64,000 nt of DNA, taken from positions 1,122 to 65,121 of the forward strand of contig CAYPPX010000001.1 in NCBI GenBank assembly GCA_964412775.1. The letters run 5' to 3'. Position numbers and translations under genes: made by a program. Positions 42,554 to 52,787 of this stretch are shown here, piece by piece. The stretch's first letter is position 1. Every line of letters begins with the position of its first letter. The stretch is from an uncultured Pseudomonadales bacterium (GTDB taxonomy: Bacteria; Patescibacteriota; Microgenomatia; UBA1400; PJMF01). Under the pieces are notes generated by a model. That model saw only the letters and a list, made by a program, of their open reading frames with translations, did not search any database and had not been told where the DNA came from.

Positions 42554-45466
42554 ATGTCTAGTTTTGAAACACAAATAATTAGCGAAAATCCTCGAGTAAT
42601 ACTCTTGGGTGATTATCAACCTTTTATCGATAAGATGGCTGGTTTGTTGAGTGAGTTCCAGTTGGATATTTGGCCATTAACAGCTAATGAGTTAATGCAT
42701 TTAGATTTTAGAAATTTAGATAATCAAACAGTTTATAAACTAATTTGGTGGCTAGATCTTGATAAACCTGAAGAGATTGACCAAATTAGGCAAATTTTAG
42801 CCCAGAACACTACGATTCCCAAAATTTTGCTTGGTGTTTTACCTGAATCTTATTCATTATTAGAACCAAATCAAAATATCTTATCTAAACAAAAACTTTT
42901 ACAACAGCTTATTTTTGAGTTCACAGATAGTCAATATTTCTTGATTAGAGATTTAGTGGCGGTTGATTACTTCTCGCCTATTTTCAAATTTTCTTTACAA
43001 AATTTAGTTAAAGGGAAATTGTTATTAACTCCAGGAAACAGTAATCTAATAGATCTGGATGTAGTTACTGAAAACTTGAGGACATATCTTTTTAAACCAG
43101 CCACAACTAGTAAAATAATTTTACAAGGCAAAACTGTTAGTAACCAAAAAATTTTAGAGTATTTTGCCCAAATCTACTCTAGAGTTTATGGCCATGATTT
43201 GGAGCTAGTTAGTGTTGATGCTAACTACCAAAAATTTAATTTACCAGATGAGTTAGTGGTTAAGCTTAATACTGATGAAAAAAAAATACTTGACCAAATT
43301 ATTGAGAATCAAACTGAACTAAAAAAACAGTTAGCCACTTTGCCCCACTTAGAAAATCAACAGTTAGTTGAACTAAATAAAATACCGGTTATTAGTCACT
43401 TAGATAGTGAAAAAACGGATTTGAATCTCAAAATCAATAAAGACATCATTGCTGTTAAACATCAGAATGAAAATCAAGAGATAAAAGAATTGATAGATCA
43501 ATCTAATTCTCTTAAAACTAGCTCTAGTGAACCATTTTTAGCCAAAGAAGAAAAAATCGAAGGTGAATTATCCAGATTATTCAAAGAAAAAAGAGAACTT
43601 AAAAAAGAAAAAAGAATTGATGAGAAAGTAAAAATAGTTAAAAAAATCTCTAGCAAATCAAAGAAAAATAGAGTTTTATTTGTTGGTGGAGTAGGGGTGA
43701 TGATTCTAGGAGGCGTAACTTTGGCTCTTTGGTTGATTTTAAGCTTGAGTGTTTTTTTGGCTAAAAAAGAGTTTGTTAATTATCTTTACAACAATACTCC
43801 TCAAAGTAACCAAGTTTACCAACCAGGATTTTGGCCTGGTATTTTAGACAAACAAACTAGTTTTTATCAAAAAATTCTAGGAGAGATAGTTGCTGATCAA
43901 GTCATGGTGGCAAGTTTATTTTCTGATTTTCAAGATTTACAAGACTTACAATTACAACTAGAAAAAGAAATTCAGAACTATACTTTGGGAGTTTTGGGCT
44001 CTGCCGAAACTAGAGCTGTTTTTCCTCCAGAAATAAACCAATTAGCTACGGAAATTGATAGCAAAATTAGCAACGTGGAAAATGCAATTTTTTATTTATC
44101 TCCAGAAGAAACTCCAGAACAAACTAAATGGATAAAATATCTAGAAGAAGTTAAAGAACAACTAGCAAAAACTAAACAATATCCAGAATTTTTCACTGAG
44201 TTTTTTGGTGGTAATGGTAAAAAAACCTACGCAGTTTTGTTGCAAAATAATCTAGAAATTAGAGCAACAGGTGGTTTTATTCAAGGATTTATATTATTAA
44301 CTTTTGATAAGGGTTTATTGATTGATAGTCAAATTTTTAATACTAATGAAGTTGATACTAGACTACCCGGTAATGTCGCTTCACCAGAGGAAGTACAACG
44401 CTATCTGGGGGAGAAAAATTGGTTTATTCGAGATAGTAACTGGGAGCCTGATTTTCCAACCACGGCTAATCGCGTTGGTTGGTTTATTAAAGAAGCTTTG
44501 AAAAAACAAGTTGATGGAGTAATTGCCCTTAATTATTATGTTACTCAAGATATTTTGGGTTCACTAGGTTCTTTAGAAGTTCCAGATTATCAAGAGACTT
44601 TGACTAAAGATAATTTATTAGAAAGAGTAGAGTTTCATTCTGATGAAGAGTTCATTAATCAACCTAATAGTGGGCAAAAAGACTACTCGGCTACAGTCTA
44701 TAAACAACTTTTAAGTGATTTAAAACAAATTAGTCCAGATCAGGCTAATAAGTTAGTTGAAGCTCTAGGCAATAGTTTAACCAATAAAAACTTACTAATT
44801 AGTTTATTTGATGAAAAAACTGCTGAGTTTTTACAAGCTATTGGTTGGAGTGGAGAAGTGATTGTCCCGATTTGTCCACAACGCTTTCCCCAAACCAACT
44901 GTTTAGTCAACCAAATTTACCAAGTTGAATCAAATATTGGTCTGAATCGAGTTAATGAATATATTAAACGGACAATCGAAGAAAGAGTAGAGTTCCAAGA
45001 TAAAAAAATTAAACATCTTAGAACAGTTACTTATACAAATACAGCCAAATCAGATGGTTGGCCACTGGGTAGTTACAAACTCTACTTAAGATTTATTACT
45101 GGCAAAGAAACTCAACCACGAGAAGTTCTGATTAATGGTAAAAAACTTGATGGAGCTTTAGCTAATGTTTATCTTGAAAATGATAAAAAAATAGTTGGTT
45201 TTCCACTAGAAATCCACAAAGATTCAACAGTGACAGTTCAATATACTTACGAGACGGATAAGTTGTTAGATGAGCCATTTTCTTACTTATTATTTGATCA
45301 AAAACAGCCTGGTATTAAACGAGAAGATCTAAAAACAACCTTTTACTTTCCTAACAGAAAACCAACCTTGATTGCCCCACAAGGGACATTATCTGGTGAT
45401 ACTTTAGAGTTTAATTCTCTAACAGATGACCACTCTTTTGTTGGTGTCAGTTTACAGAATAAATAA
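42554..45466 (+). CDS. Large membrane-anchored hypothetical protein (970 aa)
   Basis: Cytoplasmic N-domain, single TM (~res 370-395), long extracytoplasmic domain; no confident family assignment. Confidence 0.35.
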   Translation: MSSFETQIISENPRVILLGDYQPFIDKMAGLLSEFQLDIWPLTANELMHLDFRNLDNQTVYKLIWWLDLDKPEEIDQIRQILAQNTTIPKILLGVLPESYSLLEPNQNILSKQKLLQQLIFEFTDSQYFLIRDLVAVDYFSPIFKFSLQNLVKGKLLLTPGNSNLIDLDVVTENLRTYLFKPATTSKIILQGKTVSNQKILEYFAQIYSRVYGHDLELVSVDANYQKFNLPDELVVKLNTDEKKILDQIIENQTELKKQLATLPHLENQQLVELNKIPVISHLDSEKTDLNLKINKDIIAVKHQNENQEIKELIDQSNSLKTSSSEPFLAKEEKIEGELSRLFKEKRELKKEKRIDEKVKIVKKISSKSKKNRVLFVGGVGVMILGGVTLALWLILSLSVFLAKKEFVNYLYNNTPQSNQVYQPGFWPGILDKQTSFYQKILGEIVADQVMVASLFSDFQDLQDLQLQLEKEIQNYTLGVLGSAETRAVFPPEINQLATEIDSKISNVENAIFYLSPEETPEQTKWIKYLEEVKEQLAKTKQYPEFFTEFFGGNGKKTYAVLLQNNLEIRATGGFIQGFILLTFDKGLLIDSQIFNTNEVDTRLPGNVASPEEVQRYLGEKNWFIRDSNWEPDFPTTANRVGWFIKEALKKQVDGVIALNYYVTQDILGSLGSLEVPDYQETLTKDNLLERVEFHSDEEFINQPNSGQKDYSATVYKQLLSDLKQISPDQANKLVEALGNSLTNKNLLISLFDEKTAEFLQAIGWSGEVIVPICPQRFPQTNCLVNQIYQVESNIGLNRVNEYIKRTIEERVEFQDKKIKHLRTVTYTNTAKSDGWPLGSYKLYLRFITGKETQPREVLINGKKLDGALANVYLENDKKIVGFPLEIHKDSTVTVQYTYETDKLLDEPFSYLLFDQKQPGIKREDLKTTFYFPNRKPTLIAPQGTLSGDTLEFNSLTDDHSFVGVSLQNK

Positions 45467-45580
45467 AACTTCTTTTGATTTAATGGCTAAAATGCAAGCA
45501 TTTGTTTGATTTTTTGGTTTTAAAAATGTTTTTTAAATTAGATCTCTTGGGGATAATTGCCAAATAATATTTTTTTTAAT

Positions 45581-45640
45581 TTTTCTTATTTTTCTTATTT
45601 TTCTTATTTTTCTTATTTTTCTTATTTTTCTTATTTTCTT
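45581..45640. repeat. 9-bp direct tandem repeat (TTTTCTTAT), about 6 copies
   Basis: Perfect 9-nt periodicity of CTTAT (C at 45585, 45594, 45603, 45612, 45621, 45630), read directly from the sequence. Confidence 0.7.
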
Positions 45641-45731
45641 CAATGATTTAATAGGCGAACAAGCAAAAGTTTAATTGTTTATTGGCTGGCAAAGTTTTCA
45701 AGGTTGATTATAAATTGGGTGTCAGTAGGAT

Positions 45732-45766
45732 ATGAGACGCTTGCCCACGGGGCAGAGGGGACGGGC
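45732..45766 (-). repeat. GC-rich ~30-nt intergenic element, copy 3 (inverted: GCCCGTCCCCTCTGCCCCGTGGGCAAGCGTCTCAT on the minus strand)
   Basis: Reverse complement aligns with copies 1 and 2 with 3 substitutions in the 21-nt core. Confidence 0.5.
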
Positions 45767-46046
45767 TAATTTTATATTTAATATTTTTAAAGGTTGGCAT
45801 TATATACCCAAATTCTGACATTAATCTGACGCTAACCTGACAAAAATTTTCACGTGTTTTATTTATTAAACTTAATAAAAGAACCTATTTATCAATCTAA
45901 AAACCAATAAATTAATTAGATATATTTTGATATTAATTGATTGGTTTTTGTTAAAATAATTTAGTGACATCCATTTTTATTCTTAAAAGGTGTGATACAA
46001 TAGTACGCCTGGTTTAAAACAAACGAAAAATATTTTGAAAGGTTAA

Positions 46047-46691
46047 ATGACACAAACCAAATTTGCTGTTAAAGAAAGAGAAACAGCCAGACCAAACCAA
46101 CTTAGACGTAAAGGCTTGATTCCAGCCAATGTTTATGGTGATGGAAAATCAAAAGCTGTGCAAGTGGGTTATCAAGAATTTATTAAGCTTTATGACGAAG
46201 CAGGTGAAAACAGCTTAATTTACTTATCTATTGAAGGTGAAAATAAACCAAGACCAGTTCTAATTGCTGAAACTCAATTAGATCCTTTGACCGGTAAAAT
46301 TATTCATGTCGCTTTTCAACAAGTAAGTTTGAAAGAAAAAATCTCTGCTGAAATTCCAGTTGAGGTTACTGGTGAGTTTAAAGTTGCTGGTGGTGTGTTA
46401 GTGGTGGTAAAAAATACTGTTGAAGTTGAAGCTTTGCCTACGGACTTTCCAGAAAGTTTTGTTTTTTCAGCTGAGCAATTAACTGAAATTGGTCAAACCA
46501 TTACTTACAAAGATTTAGTTATTGATAAAACTAAAGTAACTTTAGTTCTTGGAGAAGAAGGGGAAGATGAACCTTTGATTATTGTCCAAGAGCAAAAAGA
46601 AGAAGTTGAGGAAACCCCAGCTGATGAAACTGAAGGCGAATCGACTGAAGCTGCAACTGGTTCAGCTGACACAACCGAAACTGCTGAATAG
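46047..46691 (+). CDS. rplY: 50S ribosomal protein L25 / general stress protein Ctc
   Basis: N-terminal AVKERETARPNQLRRKGLIPANVYG matches bL25; acidic C-terminal tail; extended -10 TGATACAAT at ~45993-46001. Confidence 0.85.
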   Translation: MTQTKFAVKERETARPNQLRRKGLIPANVYGDGKSKAVQVGYQEFIKLYDEAGENSLIYLSIEGENKPRPVLIAETQLDPLTGKIIHVAFQQVSLKEKISAEIPVEVTGEFKVAGGVLVVVKNTVEVEALPTDFPESFVFSAEQLTEIGQTITYKDLVIDKTKVTLVLGEEGEDEPLIIVQEQKEEVEETPADETEGESTEAATGSADTTETAE

Positions 46692-46692
46692 T

Positions 46693-47118
46693 TTATTTGA
46701 TTAGATCTGTATTTGGATTAATATAGCGGGCTATCTTTAAAAAGTAGTCCGCTTTTTGTTGGTCTTTAGCTAGGAGATTTAGGTTGGCCAAATTAAGGTA
46801 GTAATTTTGTGAAAAGTATTGATTTTGAGTTGTTTCAGCAAAACTATTTTCGGCCAAAAAAACTTTGGCTTCTTGAGTAGTTAAATTAAGAGTAGTAACA
46901 GCTTGACTTTCTTGGTTAATGGTCAAAAGATTGGGTGGGGTTTCAGGAACAAAACTGGGGGTTTGTTTAATAATTAATAGAAAAACAATTGCTAATAGAG
47001 TAATAGCCGAGTTGGTAATCAAAAAAAACTTATTAACAAAGATTTTTTCCAGTAGAAATACCCCAGAATAGATCAACAATGACAAACTAAGTTTGGTTGT
47101 TAATAAAATTAATGACAT
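46693..47118 (-). CDS. Small membrane protein, hypothetical (co-transcribed downstream of valS)
   Basis: Two N-terminal hydrophobic helices; starts 8 nt after the valS stop. Confidence 0.4.
   Translation of the reverse strand: MSLILLTTKLSLSLLIYSGVFLLEKIFVNKFFLITNSAITLLAIVFLLIIKQTPSFVPETPPNLLTINQESQAVTTLNLTTQEAKVFLAENSFAETTQNQYFSQNYYLNLANLNLLAKDQQKADYFLKIARYINPNTDLIK
46727..46758 (+). terminator. Rho-independent terminator after rplY (overlaps the 3' end of the convergent gene)
   Basis: GCGGGCTA-loop-TAGTCCGC stem followed by TTTTT. Confidence 0.45.
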
Positions 47119-47126
47119 CTTAGGGT

Positions 47127-49367
47127 CTATTTTGCCAATTTTTTAGTTGGCCAGGAAGAGGTAATTAGCAGTTCTTCTTTAACTAGTTTTTTAGTTTTTA
47201 GCTCTTGCCAGACAGCTTCGGTGACAAATGGTACAAAAGGGTGGAGTAGGGCTAAAAATGTTTTAAGACCAATAATCAGGTTTTCTCCTTTGAGCTTACC
47301 TTCTTTAGCAATCTCAATTTGTTCGTCGCAAAACCAATGCCAAAACTCGTTATAGACTGTTTCTGCAGCCAAACCCAATTGAAATTTTTGTAAATTTTTA
47401 GTAATTGCTTGAGTTGTTAATGTTAATTTTTTAGTAAATTCTTGGTTAATTTTTTCATCGCCGGCTTGAGATAAATCTAGATATTCAAGAATAAATCTAG
47501 AAGCATTCCAGATTTTATTGGAAAAGTTTCTCATGGCTTTGAAATCTTGATCACCAACTGATTTATCCAAACCAGCTGAAGACCTAATGACTAAAGCCAT
47601 TCTGAGCGCGTCAGATCCATATTTTTCGGCAATATCCAGAGGATTGACTACATTACCCTTACTTTTACTCATTTTTTGACCTTGTTGGTCTCTAACCAGG
47701 CCGTGTAAGTAAATATCAGTAAATGGTAAATTACCGGTAATGTATTTACCCATCATCAACATTCTCATTACCCAAAAAGGCAAAATATCGTAACCAGTTT
47801 CCATTACTTGAGTAGGGTAGAAGTTTTTGAAGTCTTCTGGGTTTTTGTTTAAAGTGGTTACTGGCCATTGAGCAGAGCTAAACCAAGTATCAAAAGTATC
47901 GGTTTCTTGAAGGTAATTTGCACCTGGTGAAGAAGCACTAACAACAAACTTTGAGTTAATTGGGGCCCTTAATTCTTGTAATCCTTGATTAATAGCTGAT
48001 AAATCAAATTTTTTAAGTAAATCACCAAGTTTTCCAGTGATTTTTTCTTTAGCCGTGTTTAAAAAGCTGACATTAATCTCTGGATTTTCTGTGGCTTCAT
48101 ACCAGACCGGAATTCTGATTCCCCAAACAATTTGTCTAGAAATATTCCAGTCTTTGAGGTTCTCTAACCAGTGTTTGAGAATTTTATCGTGGCCAGCACC
48201 ATGAACAGTAAATTTTTTACTCTTTAGGTCTTCAAGAATTGGTTGAGTGAGTTGTTTAACTCTAATAAAGAACTGAGGTAAAAGTAGTGGTTCAATTGGT
48301 CTTTTACATCTGTAACAGGTACCGATACGGTTAGTGTATTTATCGTTTATTTTTTCGACTAATCCTTTTTCCTGGAGGTCTTTAACGACCTCATCTCTAG
48401 CAGTTTTAACTTTCATGCCAGCATATTTACCACCATTAGCAGTGATTTTACCTTCGAGGTTAATGGCGTGATACATTGGTAGACTGTGAGTTTTAGCAAC
48501 TTGAAAATCATTAGCATCATGAGCTGGAGTGAGTTTAACAATTCCAGTACCAAATTCTGGGTCAACAAATTCGTCACCGATTATTTCCATTTCTTCGTTG
48601 GTGAGTGGATTTAAAACTTTTTCACCAATTAAATAGTTATGATGTTTATCAGTTGGATTAACTGCTAAGTGAGTGTCGGCAAAAATTGGTTCTGGTCTAA
48701 CTGTCGCGACAGTAATGAATTTGGTTGGATCTTTAACTAGGGGATATTTGATGTAGTAAAGTGGAGAAATTTGATCTTGATAAACCACTTCTAGCTCGGA
48801 AAAACTAGTGCCACAGTGAGTGCAGTAGTTGACTAGTTGTTCATCACGATAAAGGAGCTCATCTTGGTGTAACTTGATAAAAGTAGCCAAAACTTGTTCT
48901 ACGACTTTTTCATCAAGCATGAAAGTAAATCTAGACCAATCAGCACTAGCTCCAATTTTTTTCATTTGATCAACTGCAACCTCAGAGTTATTTTGGACAT
49001 AGTCCCAGATCATTTGATAGAGAGTTTCTCGATCAAATTGAAATCTACTTTGGTTGTTTTTTTTGAGTTTTTTTTCAAAAACAAATTGAGTTTCAATACC
49101 AGCGTGGTCTGTACCTGGTAGCCACAAGGTTTGATCACCCAACATCCTGTGAAAACGAATTAAAATATCCTCAAGAGCAATAAACATGGCATGACCAATG
49201 TGTAATGGGTCATTAGCATTTGGGGGAGGCATCATGATCGTAAATGACTTAGCTCCTGTTTTTAAAACTGGTTTAAAAGCTCCAGCTTGTTCCCAAAGTT
49301 GGTAAAGTTGTTGCTCTAGTTGTTGATGGTCGTAGCGATTGTCCATAGATAGGCTGAATTGTACCAC
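47127..49367 (-). CDS. valS: Valine--tRNA ligase (compact form)
   Basis: HIGH motif PPPNANDPLHIGHA, KMSKS motif, editing-domain segments; 746 aa is shorter than canonical ValS. Confidence 0.9.
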   Translation of the reverse strand: MVQFSLSMDNRYDHQQLEQQLYQLWEQAGAFKPVLKTGAKSFTIMMPPPNANDPLHIGHAMFIALEDILIRFHRMLGDQTLWLPGTDHAGIETQFVFEKKLKKNNQSRFQFDRETLYQMIWDYVQNNSEVAVDQMKKIGASADWSRFTFMLDEKVVEQVLATFIKLHQDELLYRDEQLVNYCTHCGTSFSELEVVYQDQISPLYYIKYPLVKDPTKFITVATVRPEPIFADTHLAVNPTDKHHNYLIGEKVLNPLTNEEMEIIGDEFVDPEFGTGIVKLTPAHDANDFQVAKTHSLPMYHAINLEGKITANGGKYAGMKVKTARDEVVKDLQEKGLVEKINDKYTNRIGTCYRCKRPIEPLLLPQFFIRVKQLTQPILEDLKSKKFTVHGAGHDKILKHWLENLKDWNISRQIVWGIRIPVWYEATENPEINVSFLNTAKEKITGKLGDLLKKFDLSAINQGLQELRAPINSKFVVSASSPGANYLQETDTFDTWFSSAQWPVTTLNKNPEDFKNFYPTQVMETGYDILPFWVMRMLMMGKYITGNLPFTDIYLHGLVRDQQGQKMSKSKGNVVNPLDIAEKYGSDALRMALVIRSSAGLDKSVGDQDFKAMRNFSNKIWNASRFILEYLDLSQAGDEKINQEFTKKLTLTTQAITKNLQKFQLGLAAETVYNEFWHWFCDEQIEIAKEGKLKGENLIIGLKTFLALLHPFVPFVTEAVWQELKTKKLVKEELLITSSWPTKKLAK

Positions 49368-49470
49368 GATTCACATCTGGTAATAAGATCTTTATTTAGT
49401 AAAAGGCTATCTATAAAATGTTTTTTATAGTTTTTACGACTAAAAAGTATTACTTGTTTAAAGGATTATT

Positions 49471-50169
49471 ATGCAGGTTCCACAACATATCGCAATTATT
49501 ATGGATGGAAATAGACGTTGGGCCAAACAAAAAGGTTTGGAGGTCTTTTTGGGTCACCAAAAAATGGCTAAAGAGGGTATAGAGCAAGTAGTGAGAGCAA
49601 GTATTGACTTGGGTGTAAAGTATTTAACTTTGTGGGCATTTAGTACAGAAAATTGGGATCGTGATCCTAAAGAGATTGCTTTTTTAATGCAACTGTTTAG
49701 AGACTTGTTTAAGGAACAAGCTGGAGAATTAGCAAAACTAGGCGTTAGAATTAATGCTTTGGGTGACCTAACCCGTTTTGACCAAGATATTCAGGACAAT
49801 ATTGCTCTTTGGAAAGAAAAAACTAAGGGTAATTCTAAATTAGTTTTAAGTATTGCCATTAATTATGGGGGAAGAGATGAAATTTTAAGAGCAATCGAAA
49901 AAGTTACTCAAAAAGTAAAAGCGGGGGAGCTTTCAGCAAACAAATTAACTGTTGAACAATTTTCAAGTTATTTAGATACGGCAGGCATGCCTGATCCAGA
50001 ATTAATTATTCGTACTAGTGGAGAACAACGAATGTCTGGATTTTTACTTTGGCAAAGCAACTATTCAGAGTTTTATTTTACAAATACCTTGATGCCTGAT
50101 TTTGACAAAGCAGAGTTGGAAAAAGCGATTAAAGACTTTAATTCTAGAGGTAGAAGGTTTGGTAAATAG
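49471..50169 (+). CDS. uppS: Undecaprenyl diphosphate synthase
   Basis: HIAIIMDGNRRWA and downstream cis-prenyltransferase motifs (ENW.R, RTSGE.R.S.FLLWQ). Confidence 0.9.
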   Translation: MQVPQHIAIIMDGNRRWAKQKGLEVFLGHQKMAKEGIEQVVRASIDLGVKYLTLWAFSTENWDRDPKEIAFLMQLFRDLFKEQAGELAKLGVRINALGDLTRFDQDIQDNIALWKEKTKGNSKLVLSIAINYGGRDEILRAIEKVTQKVKAGELSANKLTVEQFSSYLDTAGMPDPELIIRTSGEQRMSGFLLWQSNYSEFYFTNTLMPDFDKAELEKAIKDFNSRGRRFGK

Positions 50170-50174
50170 CGGTT

Positions 50175-50585
50175 TTACCAGTTAGTATCTGCTGTTGGGA
50201 TTGAAAATTGCAGAATGCTTTTAACACCAGTAAATTCGGCAATTAAATTTAAGATAATAAATGAACTGAGGGCTACCACTAAGCCAACTACAGCAAAGGT
50301 AATAGAGCTTTTGGATTTTTCAACGGCTTGAGAATTACCACCGGAAAGCATAATTCTAATTCCAGAAACAACTAGCATTATAAAACCAGCAATACCAATG
50401 ATGGTTAAAAAGTTACTTAAAAGTCTGGCTAATAAACACTGAAAACCTTGAATAGTTGCAACATCAGTATGAGTGTCATCAACACAGACACCAGTCCATT
50501 GAGCACTGGCTGGTAAAGCAGCCAGTAAGAAGATTAAGTTGGTAGTGATGAAACCAATAATTCTAGTGGAGTATTTTTTTAACAT
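50175..50585 (-). CDS. Pilin-like small membrane protein, divergent member of the array (VirB2/TrbC-like architecture)
   Basis: Signal peptide, helix 1, loop SGGNSQAVEKSKSS, helix 2; same layout as the downstream paralogs. Confidence 0.45.
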   Translation of the reverse strand: MLKKYSTRIIGFITTNLIFLLAALPASAQWTGVCVDDTHTDVATIQGFQCLLARLLSNFLTIIGIAGFIMLVVSGIRIMLSGGNSQAVEKSKSSITFAVVGLVVALSSFIILNLIAEFTGVKSILQFSIPTADTNW

Positions 50586-50629
50586 AATTTAAGTCAAAAA
50601 TTCGTTGTTAATGGCATTATACATCAGAA

Positions 50630-50662
50630 ACTAAAAACCCCACACCTTAAAGCGTGGGGTTT
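50630..50662 (-). terminator. Rho-independent terminator after the pilin array (hairpin CCCCAC/GTGGGG plus T-run on the minus strand)
   Basis: Minus-strand reading: AAACCCCACGCTTTAAGGTGTGGGGTTTTTAG. Confidence 0.5.
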
Positions 50663-50684
50663 CTTGATTACTTTTTTGAAGTCT

Positions 50685-51089
50685 TTATTTACCAGTAATA
50701 CTTTTGGTGTTAAAGACATCATTGAGGTCTGAGAAGCCAAGGAAGTTCAAGGCAAGGGTCAAGACTGCATATGAAGCAGCCACCACGATCAAACCAATGA
50801 TAGCTGAAGTGATTTTGTTTCTAGCAGCTTCAGTTTTACCTTTGTCACCACCACTAGTAATCCATTCGATACCACCCCAAATGAGATAGAGGAAAACTAA
50901 CAAAGCAGCAATTACCATCACAAAACTTAAGACACCATTAATCAAACCACCAAAATCAGTGGCAAAACCTTTACCTGGGTCTACGTTAGTATCAGTAATC
51001 TTGGTGGCAGCAGCTACTGGTAAAACACTAGTAGCCAAACCACTAAGGGCAACTCCGGTGGAGAGAGCAAATTTTTGAATTTTGTTCAT
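50685..51089 (-). CDS. Pilin-like protein paralog (VirB2/TrbC-like), conserved EWITSGGDKGKTEAARNKIT loop
   Basis: Signal peptide plus two hydrophobic helices around the GIEWITSGGDKGKTEAARNKITSAIIGLIVVAAS core; nearly identical to the core of the next gene. Confidence 0.55.
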   Translation of the reverse strand: MNKIQKFALSTGVALSGLATSVLPVAAATKITDTNVDPGKGFATDFGGLINGVLSFVMVIAALLVFLYLIWGGIEWITSGGDKGKTEAARNKITSAIIGLIVVAASYAVLTLALNFLGFSDLNDVFNTKSITGK

Positions 51090-51174
51090 ACTTTTCCTTT
51101 TAAATTTTTATTCCTTAATAATCTACTTGTTAATTGTATCAAGAATTTACCTGATTCGTCAAAAAAAGATTTTT

Positions 51175-51516
51175 CTAGCAACTTCCATCAAAGCTTAGTA
51201 CACAAATTCCCAAGAAACTTTGCAATAACATAAAGATAGCAGTAGTGGCAGCTAAAACAATTAAACCAATAATTGCTTGAGTGATTTTATTTCTAGCAGC
51301 TTCAGTTTTACCTTTGTCACCACCACTAGTAATCCATTCAATTGCTCCCCAAAGCAAAAAAATTAAGACCATTACGGCTGCGATAACCATGATGCCTCCC
51401 ATTAAGCCACCAAGTAGAGTGCCAAAGTTTTTTTGAGGATCAGCACTAACAGCTCCTGGCAAGTTGCCTTGGGCAGCTCCTGATAAGTCTAGTGTAGCAG
51501 CAATGGTTTTATTCAT
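51175..51516 (-). CDS. Pilin-like protein paralog (VirB2/TrbC-like)
   Basis: Core AIEWITSGGDKGKTEAARNKITQAIIGLIVLAAT. Confidence 0.55.
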   Translation of the reverse strand: MNKTIAATLDLSGAAQGNLPGAVSADPQKNFGTLLGGLMGGIMVIAAVMVLIFLLWGAIEWITSGGDKGKTEAARNKITQAIIGLIVLAATTAIFMLLQSFLGICVLSFDGSC

Positions 51517-51519
51517 AAT

Positions 51520-51933
51520 TTAATTTGGATCCGGAACGTTAATTTGTAAGACACTAAAGGTATCACCAAAGAAAATTTCACCAATAAAGCCAATAATTGC
51601 ATATGAACCAACCAAAACAACTAGACCAATTACGGCTTGAGTAATTCTGTTTCTAGCATTTTCGACCTTGCCTTTATCGCCACCACTACCAATCCATTCA
51701 ATTGCTCCCCAAACAAAGAAGATCAAAACTGTAATAGCACCAATACTAATTAAGGCATTCCAAAAGAAAATAAAGTATTCAGCAAAAGTACTGCCAGAAG
51801 CAGCTTCTTTTGAACCACTACCATATTTACCACTAACAACGGGGTTAGTTATTTCAGCTTTGACTGGGCTAGCCAAAAAAAGTCCTAATAGAAAAGTGTT
51901 GATGGCTGTTGATATTTTGGTTAGTTTTTTCAT
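51520..51933 (-). CDS. Pilin-like protein paralog (start refined to the internal Met MKKLTKIS)
   Basis: Core AIEWIGSGGDKGKVENARNRITQAVIGLVVLVGS; the longer ORF-track start would overlap the upstream paralog. Confidence 0.5.
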   Translation of the reverse strand: MKKLTKISTAINTFLLGLFLASPVKAEITNPVVSGKYGSGSKEAASGSTFAEYFIFFWNALISIGAITVLIFFVWGAIEWIGSGGDKGKVENARNRITQAVIGLVVLVGSYAIIGFIGEIFFGDTFSVLQINVPDPN

Positions 51934-51937
51934 ATTT

Positions 51938-52309
51938 TTAAATAGAGTCAACAATTGTTTGAATTTGTTCTGCTGGATTAAGTAAGTCAATACCAATGAA
52001 GCTACCCAGTAAACCAAGAATAGCGTAAGAAGCCACAATAATAACCAAACCAATGGCTCCGTTCATCATTCTAGTTCTGGCTTTTTCGGTTTTACCTTTA
52101 TCACCACCACTAGTAATCCATTCAAAGGCACCAAGCACAAAATAGATAACAAAAAAAACAGTTCCAATAGTGGTCATGAAACCAATGATATTTGAAATGA
52201 AAAGTTCTAGGTTTGACAAAGCCCCACCAGCAGTATTAGAGCCTTTACTGTAAGCTTCGGTAGGTGGTTTGAATCCACCAATGTCGATTGTTTTTTGTGC
52301 TAATTGCAT
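51938..52309 (-). CDS. Pilin-like protein paralog
   Basis: Core AFEWITSGGDKGKTEKARTRMMNGAIGLVIIVAS. Confidence 0.55.
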   Translation of the reverse strand: MQLAQKTIDIGGFKPPTEAYSKGSNTAGGALSNLELFISNIIGFMTTIGTVFFVIYFVLGAFEWITSGGDKGKTEKARTRMMNGAIGLVIIVASYAILGLLGSFIGIDLLNPAEQIQTIVDSI

Positions 52310-52312
52310 GTT

Positions 52313-52744
52313 TTATACTCCTTGGATCTTTGGATTTAAGATATATGAGGCATCTCCAAAGAAAACTAAACCGATGATGGCTGCTAAAGTATATGAGCCA
52401 ACGATAATCGCTAAACCAATCACGCTGTTGGTCATCATATGAGAAGCATCAGTATGAGCTTTGCTATCACCAGAAGAAGTAATATATTTCCAGCCAGCCA
52501 AAATAAAGTTGAGCATGACCCAAACACCAGCCACTGTGGTAGCCAATCTAATGCCATTTGAGGCAAAAAGTAGTAAACCACCACTTTGGAGATCACCATA
52601 TTTGTCAACTCCAGCAGGTGGTTTAATGGAACCAAAAACACCTCCAGCAGCAGCTCCAGAAGGAGCTGGAGTAGCAGCAAAAACTTGTTTAACATTTAGG
52701 AGTAAAAGACTTAAGCTAAGGAATATTTGGTTTATTCTTTTCAT
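52313..52744 (-). CDS. Pilin-like protein paralog (divergent loop SSGDSKAHTDASHMMT)
   Basis: Signal peptide, two hydrophobic helices, weaker match in the loop. Confidence 0.5.
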   Translation of the reverse strand: MKRINQIFLSLSLLLLNVKQVFAATPAPSGAAAGGVFGSIKPPAGVDKYGDLQSGGLLLFASNGIRLATTVAGVWVMLNFILAGWKYITSSGDSKAHTDASHMMTNSVIGLAIIVGSYTLAAIIGLVFFGDASYILNPKIQGV

Positions 52745-52787
52745 TTTCTCTGGATATTCTATTACTTTCTTTATTTTTTAGCTAGTT

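Noticed and set aside
49368-49470. T-box leader upstream of valS
   Set aside because: Intergenic space (~100 nt) is far too short for a T-box riboswitch and no T-box consensus (AATTAGGGTGGNACCGCG) is present.
51934-52053. N-terminal 40 codons of ORF 51520-52053
   Set aside because: Overlaps the 3' end of paralog 51938-52309 and lacks the signal-peptide pattern; the internal Met (MKKLTKIS) restores the layout shared by all other paralogs.
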